This document shows, in pieces, positions 1 to 11,260 of a stretch of DNA of 64,000 nucleotides. The position numbers and the translations under genes were made by a program. Under the pieces are notes generated by a model that ran no database searches, was not told the origin of the DNA, and saw only the letters and a list, made by a program, of their open reading frames with translations. Numbering within the stretch: position 1 is the first letter of the stretch; every line of letters starts with the position of its first letter. This DNA comes from Hydrolagus affinis (taxonomy: Eukaryota), in contig JAAILG010001380.1 of the NCBI GenBank assembly GCA_012026655.1, positions 1 to 64,000 on the forward strand, read 5' to 3'.

Positions 1-170
1 ACCAGTCAAGGACTGTGCCTTGAAGGTTGAGGTGGGAGGAAAGACGTTGGAGAAGGATGGTGTGATCGACTGTGTCGAACGCGGCAGATAGGTCAAGGAG
101 GACGAGGAGACAGAGGGAGCCCTGGTCACAGGCGGTTAGGATGTCATTTGTAACCTTAACCAGGGCAGTT
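1..170 (-). mobile_element. L2-clade LINE ORF2 reverse transcriptase fragment
   Basis: Minus strand translates [43 protein letters not shown] (L2 [13 protein letters not shown] motif). Confidence 0.88.
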
Positions 171-429
171 TAACACAGACAATTAACCAGCTAACCTCAG
201 TTATTCCTGGTGGAATTCCTGGTTGATTCCTGGTGGAATTCAGTACTGACCACTTTAAGAGCCACCTGGAAATGGATTAGACTTGAGTTGTGGCCAAGCA
301 TTATTGGGGTGCTTCAGGTGTTAACATTAGGAGAACTTTCTTTTTTACACAAATTAAGAGGCCATATTAAATTAGCCCCACCATCAGCACCACACAAAAT
401 GATTAAACCCTTGGGATAGAATAAGCTCC

Positions 430-592
430 AATAACAGTATTTTGTGTTTTCAGCAGTCTTACCCCATCCCTCATCCCCCTTTGCCCCCACTCCCTCGGCC
501 CTCACTCCTCGGGTGCAAATTGTAGACTGTCCTTCAACTTGGGACATCCTCCCAATGTGAAAGGCACTATATAAATGTAGATTTGTGTTGTA
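430..592 (+). mobile_element. L2 3' end fragment
   Basis: C-rich 3'UTR followed by ttgggacatcctcccaatgtgaaaggcactatataaatgta and a (GTT)-like tail, shared with other L2 copies here. Confidence 0.65.
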
Positions 593-1194
593 TTAAATTC
601 TAATAAAAGATAAAGTGATGTGCACAGGCACTAAGGCACATTCCACATGCAATGGGTGTGCCCTTAGGGTAGTAAAGCATTGCCATAGCCCAGATAAATG
701 TGAAGGAACTGAAGGAGAACATCTTGTGTTTAATTGTTGAAATACCACTCATAGTGTCAGGATCAAGACCTCACTGGAGGAAAAGTGTCTTCAGTCCAAT
801 TTGTATAATCAAGCTTCCCTGGGATTCAACTTAAATCCAGCAGGCGGGAAAGTAAAGGTCTGCTTTGCAGACTTTTGGCCTACTTTTCCGAGGGGGAGGT
901 GCTCTCAGGCACAGGTACCCTGGAGCAAGGCTTGGAACAGCAGTCAAAAAGCAAAGTCAAGCAGAGACCTAAGAGACTGCTGGCTACATTTGTAATAACA
1001 AAATCTTTCCATTGGATATAGCACCTCATCACATCATTGAGCTGTCTCAAAATGCTTCCCTGGATCTCTAGTAAAGAGCAGTGACTGTATATTTGAGGAC
1101 AAATGTGGCAGCTATTTTTCACACAACAATGTCCCACAAACAGCCATGAAATTAATTACGAGATTGGCCTCATAGGTAATAATACTGGATGAAA

Positions 1195-1620
1195 TAACAA
1201 TAACAACGTACACTTGTAAAGTGAGTGCCTTTCACGTGGGAAGACTCTCAGAATGTTTAACAGCCGCGGAGTTGATTCCGAACCAGGGAGGCGGTGACCA
1301 GGGTGATTGTAACCAACTTCAAAGCAGAAGGTTTTCAGATGAAATCTGAAGATGGACAAGTAGGGGATAAAATGGAGGGATTGAGGCAGTGATTACAAAA
1401 TTTCAGGACATAGTCCATTGCTGTTGAGTGGAGGGGACTGGGGGATATGTAGAAATCTCCCATCTCTTTTTGATCTGTGCTGTGGGATCTATAATTTTTG
1501 CTTAGAGATAAAACATTTCCTTCACATCTCAACTGATTTTGTAGATAGTAGCACCCGGACTTGGGTAATAGGTAGTATGTGAATGACACTATGTTGTGCA
1601 CAGTCCTTGTGTTGCTTAGT
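1195..1620 (-). mobile_element. L2 LINE 3' fragment (old)
   Basis: Reverse complement of the L2 tail (aacaac...cctttcacgtgggaagac) plus degraded ORF2 C-terminal sequence. Confidence 0.6.
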
Positions 1621-2204
1621 GTGCAGTTCTACCAGAGAATATTTTTGCTTACTTAAATATTGTCATAGACACTGTATATTTAAACATACACTTCAAAGCC
1701 AATAGGTAATATCACTGTGGGTGAGTTGCCAACTACTGTATATACTTTGTTCACTGATAGCAGAAGGAAGGTCAACAGAGACCCGTAAATCCATCTATCA
1801 AGGTTATTGTAAATAGGAAGACAGCTAAATTATTGACTCTTCCACTGGACTGGAAATAAATGATTACTCAATATACGGCACCACTCTTCTTGGTTTCTGC
1901 TTGCTCTCGTCTCAGCCGACCATTCTTTTTTCATTCAAGGTTTCTGTCCTCCTAATACCAATCCTTGAGAACAAACTAAAATTTTGCACAAATCCCCATT
2001 GGCATGGTTCTGAGTGTAACTGCTGTCTGCTCATTTACAAGAACAAAGTGTTGTGTCTGCAATTTTCCTATCAAGAGGAGAAGGAGCACAAAATTATTTG
2101 ACCTTCAGAGATCTTTGTGTTGCTTGGACGTATGGCTCTGGAGATCCTGATGTCTTGCACAATAATTTCTCTAATAAAAGATAGGTAATTCACTTCATAT
2201 AATA

Positions 2205-2512
2205 ATACTAATAATAATCCTTGCATTCGTTATAGCGTTTCAGCATGTCTTCAAGATGTCTCAAAGCATTTCACAGAATATACTGTAAAGTGAATTGGCT
2301 GTATAATTTTTGGGTGAAATGCGGCTGTCAATTGCGCACAGCAGTGTCCCACAATAGTCGTGGATTTAAATGACAAATTTATTAATGTTTTTTGTTGATG
2401 GATTATTATTAGGCATGTGGAGTAAGGAAACTTACCCAAGGTTTCACTCTTCCTGGAATTGAACCCAGGTCTTTCGCTTGTAAGGTGAGTGCTCTATCCA
2501 CTGAGCTACAGA
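2205..2512 (-). mobile_element. tRNA-derived SINE, near full length (dominant family)
   Basis: Minus strand: tgtagctcagtggatagagcac A box, gggttcaattcc B box, Deu-like tgtgggacactgctgtgcgcaattg, L2-like tail and (ATT)n end. Confidence 0.88.
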
Positions 2513-2619
2513 TAGGAATAGATTACTTCCATTAGTCAGTAGGAGAAGGCACATATTTAAGATCATTGCAAAAAGTGAATTCAAGGGGAGGTCAGGAAAC
2601 GTTTTTACTATTACTAATT

Positions 2620-3006
2620 TTTACTTCTGCTCAACAGAGAATTGAGTTCAAAATCCTCGTGCTCACTTTGAAATTGCTCCAAGATCTTTTCCCACACTAC
2701 CTCTGTGACCTTCCGAAGCCCTACCAACCTGTCTGCCCTCTCCCTCAAAGGGCTTCATGTCCCCTGCTGTGCTCGCCTCACCATGAATGGTGGGGTCTTC
2801 AGTCTTTCTGCCCCAACTCTCTGGAACTCCATCCCAGACTCCTTTTGCCTTACCCTTTCTTTCACCAAGAGTTCGGTCATCTTCCTCCCCCCTTGGTCCC
2901 CACCTTTCTTCATTAACCCTCAGTTTGATGCAAACCCTCAACTGTTCAATACGTTGGGATATCCTCCTGACGTGAAAGATGTTATATAAATGTAATTTGT
3001 TGTTGT
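2620..3006 (+). mobile_element. L2 LINE 3' fragment
   Basis: Translates QRIEFKILVLTLK..P.YLCDL and GG.FS..APTLWNSIP (L2 ORF2 C-terminus), then the L2 tail with (GTT)n. Confidence 0.85.
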
Positions 3007-3084
3007 ATTTTCACGATTGCTTCAGCAATCATTTGTGATAGAAAATACAAGTAATAGTGAAAATTAGTTATTTTAAAATACAAT

Positions 3085-3235
3085 GAGATATTTGAAAAGA
3101 TGAATATGAAAGGCCATAAAGAATGTGCAGCTGAGTGAGGTTTGATTCAATGACTGATGTGGAGAAAAACACCAGCGCGGATTTGATGGGCTGAGTGGCC
3201 TTTCTATGTGCTGCAGCCTTTATTGAATCTATTAT
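3085..3235 (+). mobile_element. CR1-type LINE 3' end
   Basis: gatttgatgggctgagtggcctttctatgtgctg...gaatctatt resembles the CR1 3' hairpin and ATTCT tail. Confidence 0.6.
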
Positions 3236-3419
3236 GCATAAGCTTCCATAAGCTTGATTCTGTCACACTATGTTTTTGCATGTTGATTAATTTTTAATGC
3301 ATGTCTCTATTTGTAAATTTCTTTTCACACTTCTAAATGTATGGCATTTTGGTGAATTTGTTATTTTATGGCTCATGATATTTTCTCAATTCTTAGTGTT
3401 GCTGGCAGAAGCTTAGTTG

Positions 3420-3775
3420 CAACAACAATAATTTACATAGTACCTTTCATATCGAGAGAAAGTGTCAAAGCGCCTCACAGGGCAAACTGCGAACCCAAGC
3501 TGGGGAGGCCAGATTTATAGGGAGGGAGAGAGGCAGTGGAGCAAGATTGATTGCGGTGGAGTTCAAGAGAGCAGGGGTGGAACAAGATGGGGACATGAAG
3601 GAGGCTGTGTTGGCTGAATGAGCAGGGTTTCAAGAGGTATCAGAGATAAGGTGGGGCAAGGGCATGGAGTGATTTGAGTGTTAGAATTGCAATCTTGAAT
3701 TCGATCTGCTGGAGGTGGGGAACCAGTAGAGTCAAATGAGAAGAATGGGGTGATGGGTTACAGAGCCTGATGTAG
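3420..3775 (-). mobile_element. L2 LINE 3' fragment
   Basis: Minus strand cagatcgaattcaagattgca (QIEFKI) with an L2 tail at 3420-3480. Confidence 0.75.
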
Positions 3776-4956
3776 CTTGTACAATGAGAAAAACTAGCAG
3801 CTATTAATCAAACAGTGCAAGTTCATAGCTGCAGCAGTTTCTGTGTTTTATCTGCTGACCTGAGTCAACTCATTGACTCTGTGCCACTCACACCCTCAGC
3901 AAATAGACAGTCCTTGGAGAAAATATAATTTTACATCAAAGAAATGATTAGCAATGCAATTCAGATGAGGAAGCTTAACATGAAATGAAAAAGATGTAAA
4001 CAACAGACCTAGGTTGTTTGATATTTCAAATGATTAAAAAATCTCAAAATCAAGAGAAAAAATGTATTTGATGTTAAACATAATTGTGAACTGGGAGGAA
4101 ATGGAGGAGGTTAGCGAACTTCCCCTGCAGGCATAGGGCACAAGCCTGCAATCTAGGGAGTGGCCTGTGCTCAGTTCCTACAAGCTGTGATGTGACCTTG
4201 GACATCAACCCACAAATTGGGCAACAGCTCTTTCGGAAGGCGGATGCAGAAAATAAAAATGAAAGGAATACAAGGGTGTGAACTAGTGCATTTGACACGA
4301 GTTAATACAAACAAAAATTACAAATATTTATGGCTATCTTCTACCTCGTATCATGTGGTTATTTTGCTGGGAGAGAAGCATCGTAAGTTGGCATGCAGCA
4401 AGAAGCCTTGTTCATGCTAGCTTTCTGCACTACTTTAGTGCAAACAAAAAAACAAGAACTTGAATTTCTATAGGGTCCTTCGTGGAAAGCAATGTCACAG
4501 GGGACTGAAACAGTTAATGATGGCGTGCTGCCCATTTGCCAAGGTGTGCATGCACAAATGCCAACACTAGGTGTTTTTAATTGTTAATAAAGAGACAGTT
4601 GCATTGGAAAGTCTCAACCCATTCAGAGATCTTCATGCACTGAAACAAGATGGGGCAGTGAGCCCAGTGCAATTCCACCCACTGTCTTTATACGATACCA
4701 ATGAAGTCTCACTATCTCTGAAACCACCCCCGCCAGGAGGTGACGGCAGCCAAGCTCCAGTCTTATTTGCCTGAGCCCCTATCTGTGCTGCACATTTGGT
4801 GGCAAATCACCTCACAAATCACAGCAATTCCCTTCCAAAACCCACAGTATAAACCAACGCAAGACTCACAATAGGTTTATAGGGTCTCCTATCTCTGGAT
4901 ATAATAAAACTGCCCAAACATTATGATCACTTTCTTGTTGTTTAATTTGTTATGCT

Positions 4957-5291
4957 ATCAGCCTGCCCACCACCCTCCATTCAGCAGACTCAGGCCTGCT
5001 CCGCGTCCACCGCCCTAACCACCCAACCATCAGCGGCTAGGCTTTCAGCCTCTCTGCTCCCACACTGTGGAACTCCATCCCGCAGCTTCTCCACCTTGCT
5101 TCCTCCCTTTCCTCCTTCAAGGCTGGTCTCAAAGCCTTCCTTTTTGACCACGCCTTCGGCTGCCCCACTAACTCTTCCCCATCTCCCACTCTCCTTCCCC
5201 TTCCCCCTACCCCGACCAGACTGCTCAGTGCTTTGGGACGTCCTCCCGACATGAAAGGTGCTATATAAGTGCGATTTTGTTGTTGTTGTTT
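4957..5291 (+). mobile_element. L2 LINE 3' fragment (relatively young)
   Basis: RAFS..APTLWNSIP motif, then cagtgctttgggacgtcctcccgacatgaaaggtgctatataagtg and (GTT)n. Confidence 0.88.
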
Positions 5292-6397
5292 TACGATTTG
5301 AAAATACAATCTATAAAAGTATTTTCTTTGACTCTCCCTCCCTTCCCTCTTCACTTTTAAAGCCTGTCTTAAGATGTGAAAGACTCTATACAAGTGTAAT
5401 GTTGTTGTTGTTAGTGGTGGTTTAATGTCTCATCCTAAAGAGGGCAGCTCTGACAATGAGAGCTCTCTTAGCAATAGATTGGAGTGTCAGCTTAGCCTTT
5501 TGATGTGGGGCTGGAGCTTATGACCTTGTGACTTACAGGCGAGAGTGCTACCAACTGAGACACGTTGAGATCTAATTGATGTAATACAGAATATGCTCGG
5601 GTTCAAATTACATAGTGCACACATTGTGAGTTTAACAAGGTTCTGTACATAAGGGCATTGGTTCATTAGCAGAGTGTTGGGATTCTTTGTTTGATTGGGA
5701 AAGGGGAGGGAGAATGCTGATGCTTATTGCGCACCAGGTATGGTGCACAATGCAGGTGAACAGCAACATTTAGGAAGGCAGGCTCCATAGAGAGATCACA
5801 TCCCAACATGTATCACTGTTAGAATGAACTATTCTGTTCTCAAAACAAACCCTCCTCTTAGAGATCTGCCTCACCATGTGCAATAATGAGTGGACTCCCC
5901 ATTGTGCTGCACATCGCTTGTTTATTCAGACACCTCTGGATTGAAAGCACATGTTGTCCTTGGCTCACCCAAAGTGAGCACGATAGACCCCATTCATTCC
6001 TCATTCCTCATGTTACATGCCCCCCTCTCCCCGAGTTCAGTGATCAATGTGTTCAGATTTGCCAGCATTCTAAACAAAACACATAATAGGACCAAGTTAA
6101 CTTAAAACCAGCAACAATCAAGTCAACTTTTTGATTACCTGGACTATAGTAGCTTAGGATAGACTTGTCCACATATTCCTGACAAATGAGAAATTGTTTT
6201 TATCTTTCCTCTAAATGGTGCTCCATGGTGCTTTTCTGTGTGAAGGGCATTTTCAAATGTAAGTTGTTTTTGCTGTGTTGTTACCGCAAATTACTTAATT
6301 GTGATTACTTTTGAAGCACTTTGATATAGTTCAACATGATAATATGCTATACAGAATGGGTAAATTCTTCATATCTAGGAGGTTTACTAATCACTCT

Positions 6398-6565
6398 AAC
6401 AAAAACAGAAATCGCTGGGAACACTCAACAGGTCAGGCAGCACCTATGAAGAAGGGATAATTTCAGGTCCACAACCCTTCATCAGAACAGAACTGTCTGA
6501 CTTGCTGAGTGTTCCCAGCAATTCTGTTTTTGTTTCAGATTTCCAGCATCTATGGTATTTTATGT
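6398..6565. mobile_element. Penelope-like element terminal foldback with hammerhead-ribozyme core remnant
   Basis: ~43-bp inverted arms (6398-6440 and 6493-6535). Minus strand reads CTGATGA-agggttgtggacct-GAAA at 6485-6461. Related copies at ~35285 and ~58850. Confidence 0.65.
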
Positions 6566-6829
6566 TTTTGTTAATAATCACTCTGCCGTTTCCTGGTCGA
6601 GGTAACTTCTATCTGCAGATCCACATTCCCGATGACCATGCGTACATGACTCGATCAATTGTTTCGTTTGGTTGTAGTTGTTCTTCTTGGATTTTATCCC
6701 CTCTGTGGGTGTTTCTACAGCATCTCAATGAAGGTCACAGTTCATTACTGTAAAGTCCACTAAGTTCTCAGTGACAGATAAATCCATCTCCAACTTAGGC
6801 CTATGGTAAGCTCTCTTTCGACTGCATTT

Positions 6830-6990
6830 TTGGTCATGTTTGTGGGACACTGTTGTGCGCAATTGGCTGGCTTGTTTTGCCCACAAATATACAGTCAATT
6901 AATTTTACAGTATATTCTGTGAAGTGCTTGAGACGTCTAGAAGACATGAAAAGCGCTATAACAAATGCAAGGATGATTATTATTATTGTT
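6830..6990 (+). mobile_element. 5'-truncated SINE (Deu-like part plus L2-like tail)
   Basis: tgtgggacactgttgtgcgcaattggctg...tattctgtgaagtgcttgagac...aaatgcaaggatgattattatt. Confidence 0.85.
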
Positions 6991-7299
6991 ATCTCCTTCC
7001 CCTCTTTCCAGTCGGGTCTGTAAAGCACTATGAGATACCACCCCGATGTGAAAGGCAGTGTATAAATATTAAACTTGTTGTTGTATATTGAGATAATACC
7101 TGTTCTTTATGTATCACTACCCACTTAGAGTGGGCATTATACAAGGCCAGCCATGTTTCACTATACTTGGAGAGCTTAGACTTAGTGGAGACTGGCTATT
7201 GTTCATCTGGATAAGAGCAGCATTATTGATGCCTCTCACTGAAAAAAGTACTTCAGAACACATATCTCCTTCAGGGAAATTCAGGGCCGTTTCACTGAC

Positions 7300-7600
7300 T
7301 CATTGCATCTGATATAGAGCCTTTCACATTAGTAGGATGTCTCAAAGCGCTTCACAGGATTCACTGTAAAGTGGAGTGATTTTGTATTCTGAAAGTGAAC
7401 ACGGCAGCCAATATGTGCACAGCAATGTCCCGCAATGAGCCATGAGTGAATATTTAATTTTATTTGGGGGATCAGTGGCCAGGACACCAGAAGAAATTCC
7501 TTTCCTTTTCAAATAGTGCCATGGCATCTTTATTGTTCACCTGAATGAGCAGATAGACCCTCAACGTAATGACTCATCTGCAGGACATTACTCTTAGAAT
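7300..7600 (-). mobile_element. Deu-SINE (SacSINE1/AmnSINE1-like) fragment
   Basis: Minus strand caggtgaacaataaagatgccatggcactatttgaaaagg...tgtcctggcca is the Deu central domain. Confidence 0.75.
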
Positions 7601-7989
7601 GCAGTATACCCTTCCAGCTCTGTGTTATAAATAATAATAATCTTAGATATTGAAATACCACCTGTCACTTCTAAAGAATGTCTCAAATTGTTTCATAGGA
7701 TATACTGTAAAGTGTAGTCATTGTGTGTTTTGACGGCTATTGGAATATGAGCTTGGACAGCGAGTTCAATGTGAGTTTTGAACCCACAACCTTCTGACTG
7801 AGAGGCAAGAATGCTGCCAACTGAGCCAGGCTGATACCTGACCCTAGACTCAGGTTGAATTTCATCCACTGGATCTTGAAGGATGCTGGATCTCAACTGC
7901 TGCAAAATGGAATTGTTAAAATGTTATTCCAACTCTAACGGTTTAGATTTAGCTACATTATAAGGATTACCCGCATCACTATTGCCACA

Positions 7990-8460
7990 ACTCATCCTCT
8001 TCCATGTCCTAGAGGTCCTCACTGCTGTCTTTCCCCAGTTCTGTGTTCCATTTCCAGTGAGCTGTTTTGCAGTCTCTTCATTAACCTCGAAGGAGCTTGT
8101 CAAGCTGTTTTGCTGAAATGATTTCTAACTGCTTCTAGGTAGTTTCAAGCTCTCTCCGCTTCTGTTCATGAATATATTCATGAAATTTCTCGCACGGACA
8201 ACAATTGCCAACATTTATACTTCAATCTGCACGTAATTATTTGGGGCTTTTGTAAGAGCTTAGAGGCATCTGCCACTGAAATAGTCATTTTGAAACAGCG
8301 CTGACCCTGAACTAGGAGAACAGCACCAACATTTACTACTTCAGTACAGGTACTGAAATGCTACGTCAAAGACTCCTTCAGTTTGTTAAAGTATTTTTCT
8401 TGGCTTACTGCCCAAAGCCACTCTATATATTTTCTCTAATACCACTTTAACACTACCGTC
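7990..8460 (-). mobile_element. Decayed Ty3/Gypsy pol fragment (connection plus RNase H)
   Basis: Minus strand with stops and frameshifts: EWLWAVSQEKYFNKLKESLT, VGAVLL, NNYVQIEV*MLAIV, CEKFHEYI. These match the Gypsy W.W...QE.AF..LK..LT, GAVL.Q and NYAQIEKEMLAIVFGCEKFH.Y motifs. Confidence 0.8.
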
Positions 8461-8964
8461 TGTTAGTGAGCGCATTGCCACACCAGCATTGGTGGCTGAG
8501 CCTTTAGTCCCTAACCTCCTCACATCTTGAACTCCCTGCCTCGACCCGGGTGTACATATCTGTAAACTCCACCTTAAAAGCTATATTTTCAACTGGCCTA
8601 CGGTTACCTCCTCCTCCTTTATTTGGCATCCAACCACACTATTGTGGAGCGCTCTTTGATGGATGCTATATGAATGTTGTTCCTGCTGCTGAAAAACCCA
8701 GAATAAAAATAAATGTATTGCCTCAAGGTTCTCATGGCTGCACAATGGTGATATCTCTTCCTTCACTAGTACCCCACCACACCCTTAGAAGCTAAGCAGT
8801 TAGTAGGCAGCAATTTTGAAACTTTGGATACTTTTTCTCCCAATTGCTACTACTTAAAAAACTGGCTCTAGAAATGGGGAAAAGGTTGAGTGCAAAGTTG
8901 TCTGCTGTTCAGGCACAGCTTCCAGCTTCTTCTAAATGACTATATGTTCCCAATGTATCAACAA

Positions 8965-9015
8965 TATAATAACGAAAAAACGTTAAGCGGGGCAACATTA
9001 AGCGGGGTTTGCCTG
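8965..9015. mobile_element. Single Tigger/pogo-like DNA transposon terminus
   Basis: ...cgttaagcggggcaacattaagcggggtttgcctg|TA. The reverse complement begins CAG and has a subterminal repeat, as in Tc1/mariner-pogo ends. Confidence 0.5.
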
Positions 9016-9169
9016 TATATTCTGTGAAGCGCTTTGAGACATCCAGAAGACATGAAAAGTGCTACAACACAATGCAAGGATTATTATTATTACTTCCATT
9101 ATTTAGAAAATGATTGGAAAACCATCTCAAAGTTTTCTTGTATCCATGGGACGTTGTTACAGAATAATA

Positions 9170-9520
9170 TAATAATAGTAATCCTTGCATTTGATATAGA
9201 GCCTTATTAAATCTTTGAGATGTATGGTATACTGTAAAGTGAATTACTGTATATTTTCTGGGTGAAACATGACAGCCAATTGCGCTCAGCAATGTTCCAC
9301 AAACATTTGTGGATTGAGTGACTAAATAATTTTTTTTAAAATAAACTTATACTGTTGGAAAAGTGATCCGCCAATGAACTAACATCTGGGTTTCTACTTA
9401 CTACAGTAGTAAGTAAACAGAGGCATGTGAAGTAGGGAAACTTGCTCCAAATTTTGCCCTGCTGGAAATTGAACCCAGATCTGCTCACTATGAGGCAAGT
9501 GCTCTAATCAGTGAGCTACA
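9170..9520 (-). mobile_element. tRNA-SINE, long subfamily with extra central segment
   Basis: Head at 9430-9520, extra segment gcctctgtttac...gtaagtagaaacccag, then Deu-like part and (ATT) tail at 9170-9310. Confidence 0.75.
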
Positions 9521-10079
9521 ACAACAACAAAATTACATTTAGGAGGACGTCCCAGGATTGGACTTCACATTAGGAACAGCCATTCCTGTAAGCTGCTAAA
9601 GTATGTAATTAAAAGGTGTGTGGAGTAAGGAAACTTGCCTAATGTTTCACTCTGCCAGGAATCGAACCCTGGCTTGTGAAGCGAGTGCTCTAACCAGTGA
9701 GCTACATGGAAGATGTCACCCGATCTGCACATGCACGGAATAAAAAACAATAAATCTTAGAGATTATTAATAGAAGGCCTTGGCCAGGCTATGAGTGATA
9801 CTGAGATGTCAGAGACACTGCATGAGCCTCACTGACAGTGAACCCACAACCCCAACATCAAAGAGGCACATTTCCGAGTAGTGCACTGGCTTGTGTCAGA
9901 TGTGGAGAAATTACCACAGTAATTAACTGTGGCCAGAAATATCTGCATGTAGTCTTTACCAATATTCTTTTCGTTATAGTAATGGCTTCTATATTCCTAG
10001 TATTGTATTAAGCAGCAACTGTCCAGCCTTGGGATGTCCTCCCGACGCTATACAAATGTAATTTTGCTATTTTAGCCCT

Positions 10080-11030
10080 TCCTCAGTCAGAATATAGTGC
10101 AACATGTTTCAGCAAACCCATTGTGACACATAGCTCTGTTTAGTTGAATGATTTCCTGGGATATCTCTGTAACAACTCTGACAGCCTATCACTATTGTGT
10201 CCATTTTTTCCCCCTAAAAAAACATACAGTAATTCATCATCTGTTACCTCTACACCTTCCTTGTCTAGTTCAGTACAATACTGTATATCAGCAGGGCTGA
10301 GAAAATAACAAAAAAAGGTTAGATTGTTACAAGAAAAGTTACAAAAAAGCACAGGGTATATAGCCCTCTCCTGACCTAGGATTATCATCTTGATATTGAT
10401 CAGACAGATCAACTGATACCAGTTCTGGACTTTGGTTTAGGAATTCCCACACTCTCTGGGACAGTATTGTTTAAACCTAAGTCATACTAGGTGAGGGTTG
10501 AATGAACTGATTACACACTCAACTATCCTGTTATGGAACTGGGAACATCTGGGTACACTCAACGTCTCAGTCATTCAACACTTTCTAATCCAATTCCAGT
10601 AGTTTCTGTAGCAGAGAGTGGTTGATAATGATGTCCATATGCATTCAGTGGTGAATGATGTAAAGAATTGCTACAAGATTTTGCCTTGTCTTCATTCGAA
10701 TCAGAGGTAAACAATGCTAGATTGCAAAGCTCGTCTTCTCTTTTAGCTTCTCTTCCCCTTGCTCTTCGTGATATCAAAGCCACTGGTTGTACCATATAAA
10801 TCATTTGGAGTGCACTGGATTTCTTCTCACACACCTCGTTCTCTAGATGTCTTACAGGCACTTCAGCTCTTCGGGGCTCTCTTTGTGTCTTCCACTGTTA
10901 TCAGCCTCTTCCTGGTCAGCTTTCAATTCCACTTTCAAACTTTCCTGTCCATTGCTAAGCTCAAGCCTCTTGGACCAGCTCCTCCTACCCAAGCTTCATC
11001 TCCTTAAGCCTCACTTTCTACTCCACCTTT
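10080..11030 (-). mobile_element. Possible gag and protease-RT linker remnant of the same Gypsy element
   Basis: Minus strand LSELLQRYP...GLLKHVAL resembles the pre-RT linker. An E/K-rich purine-biased segment at 10700-11030 lies upstream in the correct orientation. Confidence 0.35.
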
Positions 11031-11090
11031 TTGATTGGGAAGCCCTCCAGCACACTACCTGGCTATCCAGCGTGAAGGGAGCTATCCAAC

Positions 11091-11260
11091 GGAGTCCTGT
11101 AGCACAGTGATTATAGCACTCGCCTCACAAATGGGAGACCTAAGTTCAATTCTAGGCAGGGCAAGACCTTGGGCAAGTTTCCTTACTCCACACGCCTGAT
11201 AATAATCCCGCACAAAGAAACAATAATAAATTGGTAATTTCAATCCACGACTATTTGTAG
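11091..11260 (+). mobile_element. tRNA-SINE 5' half
   Basis: ggagtcctgtagcacagtgattatagcactcgcc...gttcaattctaggc...ttgggcaagtttccttactccacacgcc. Confidence 0.85.
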
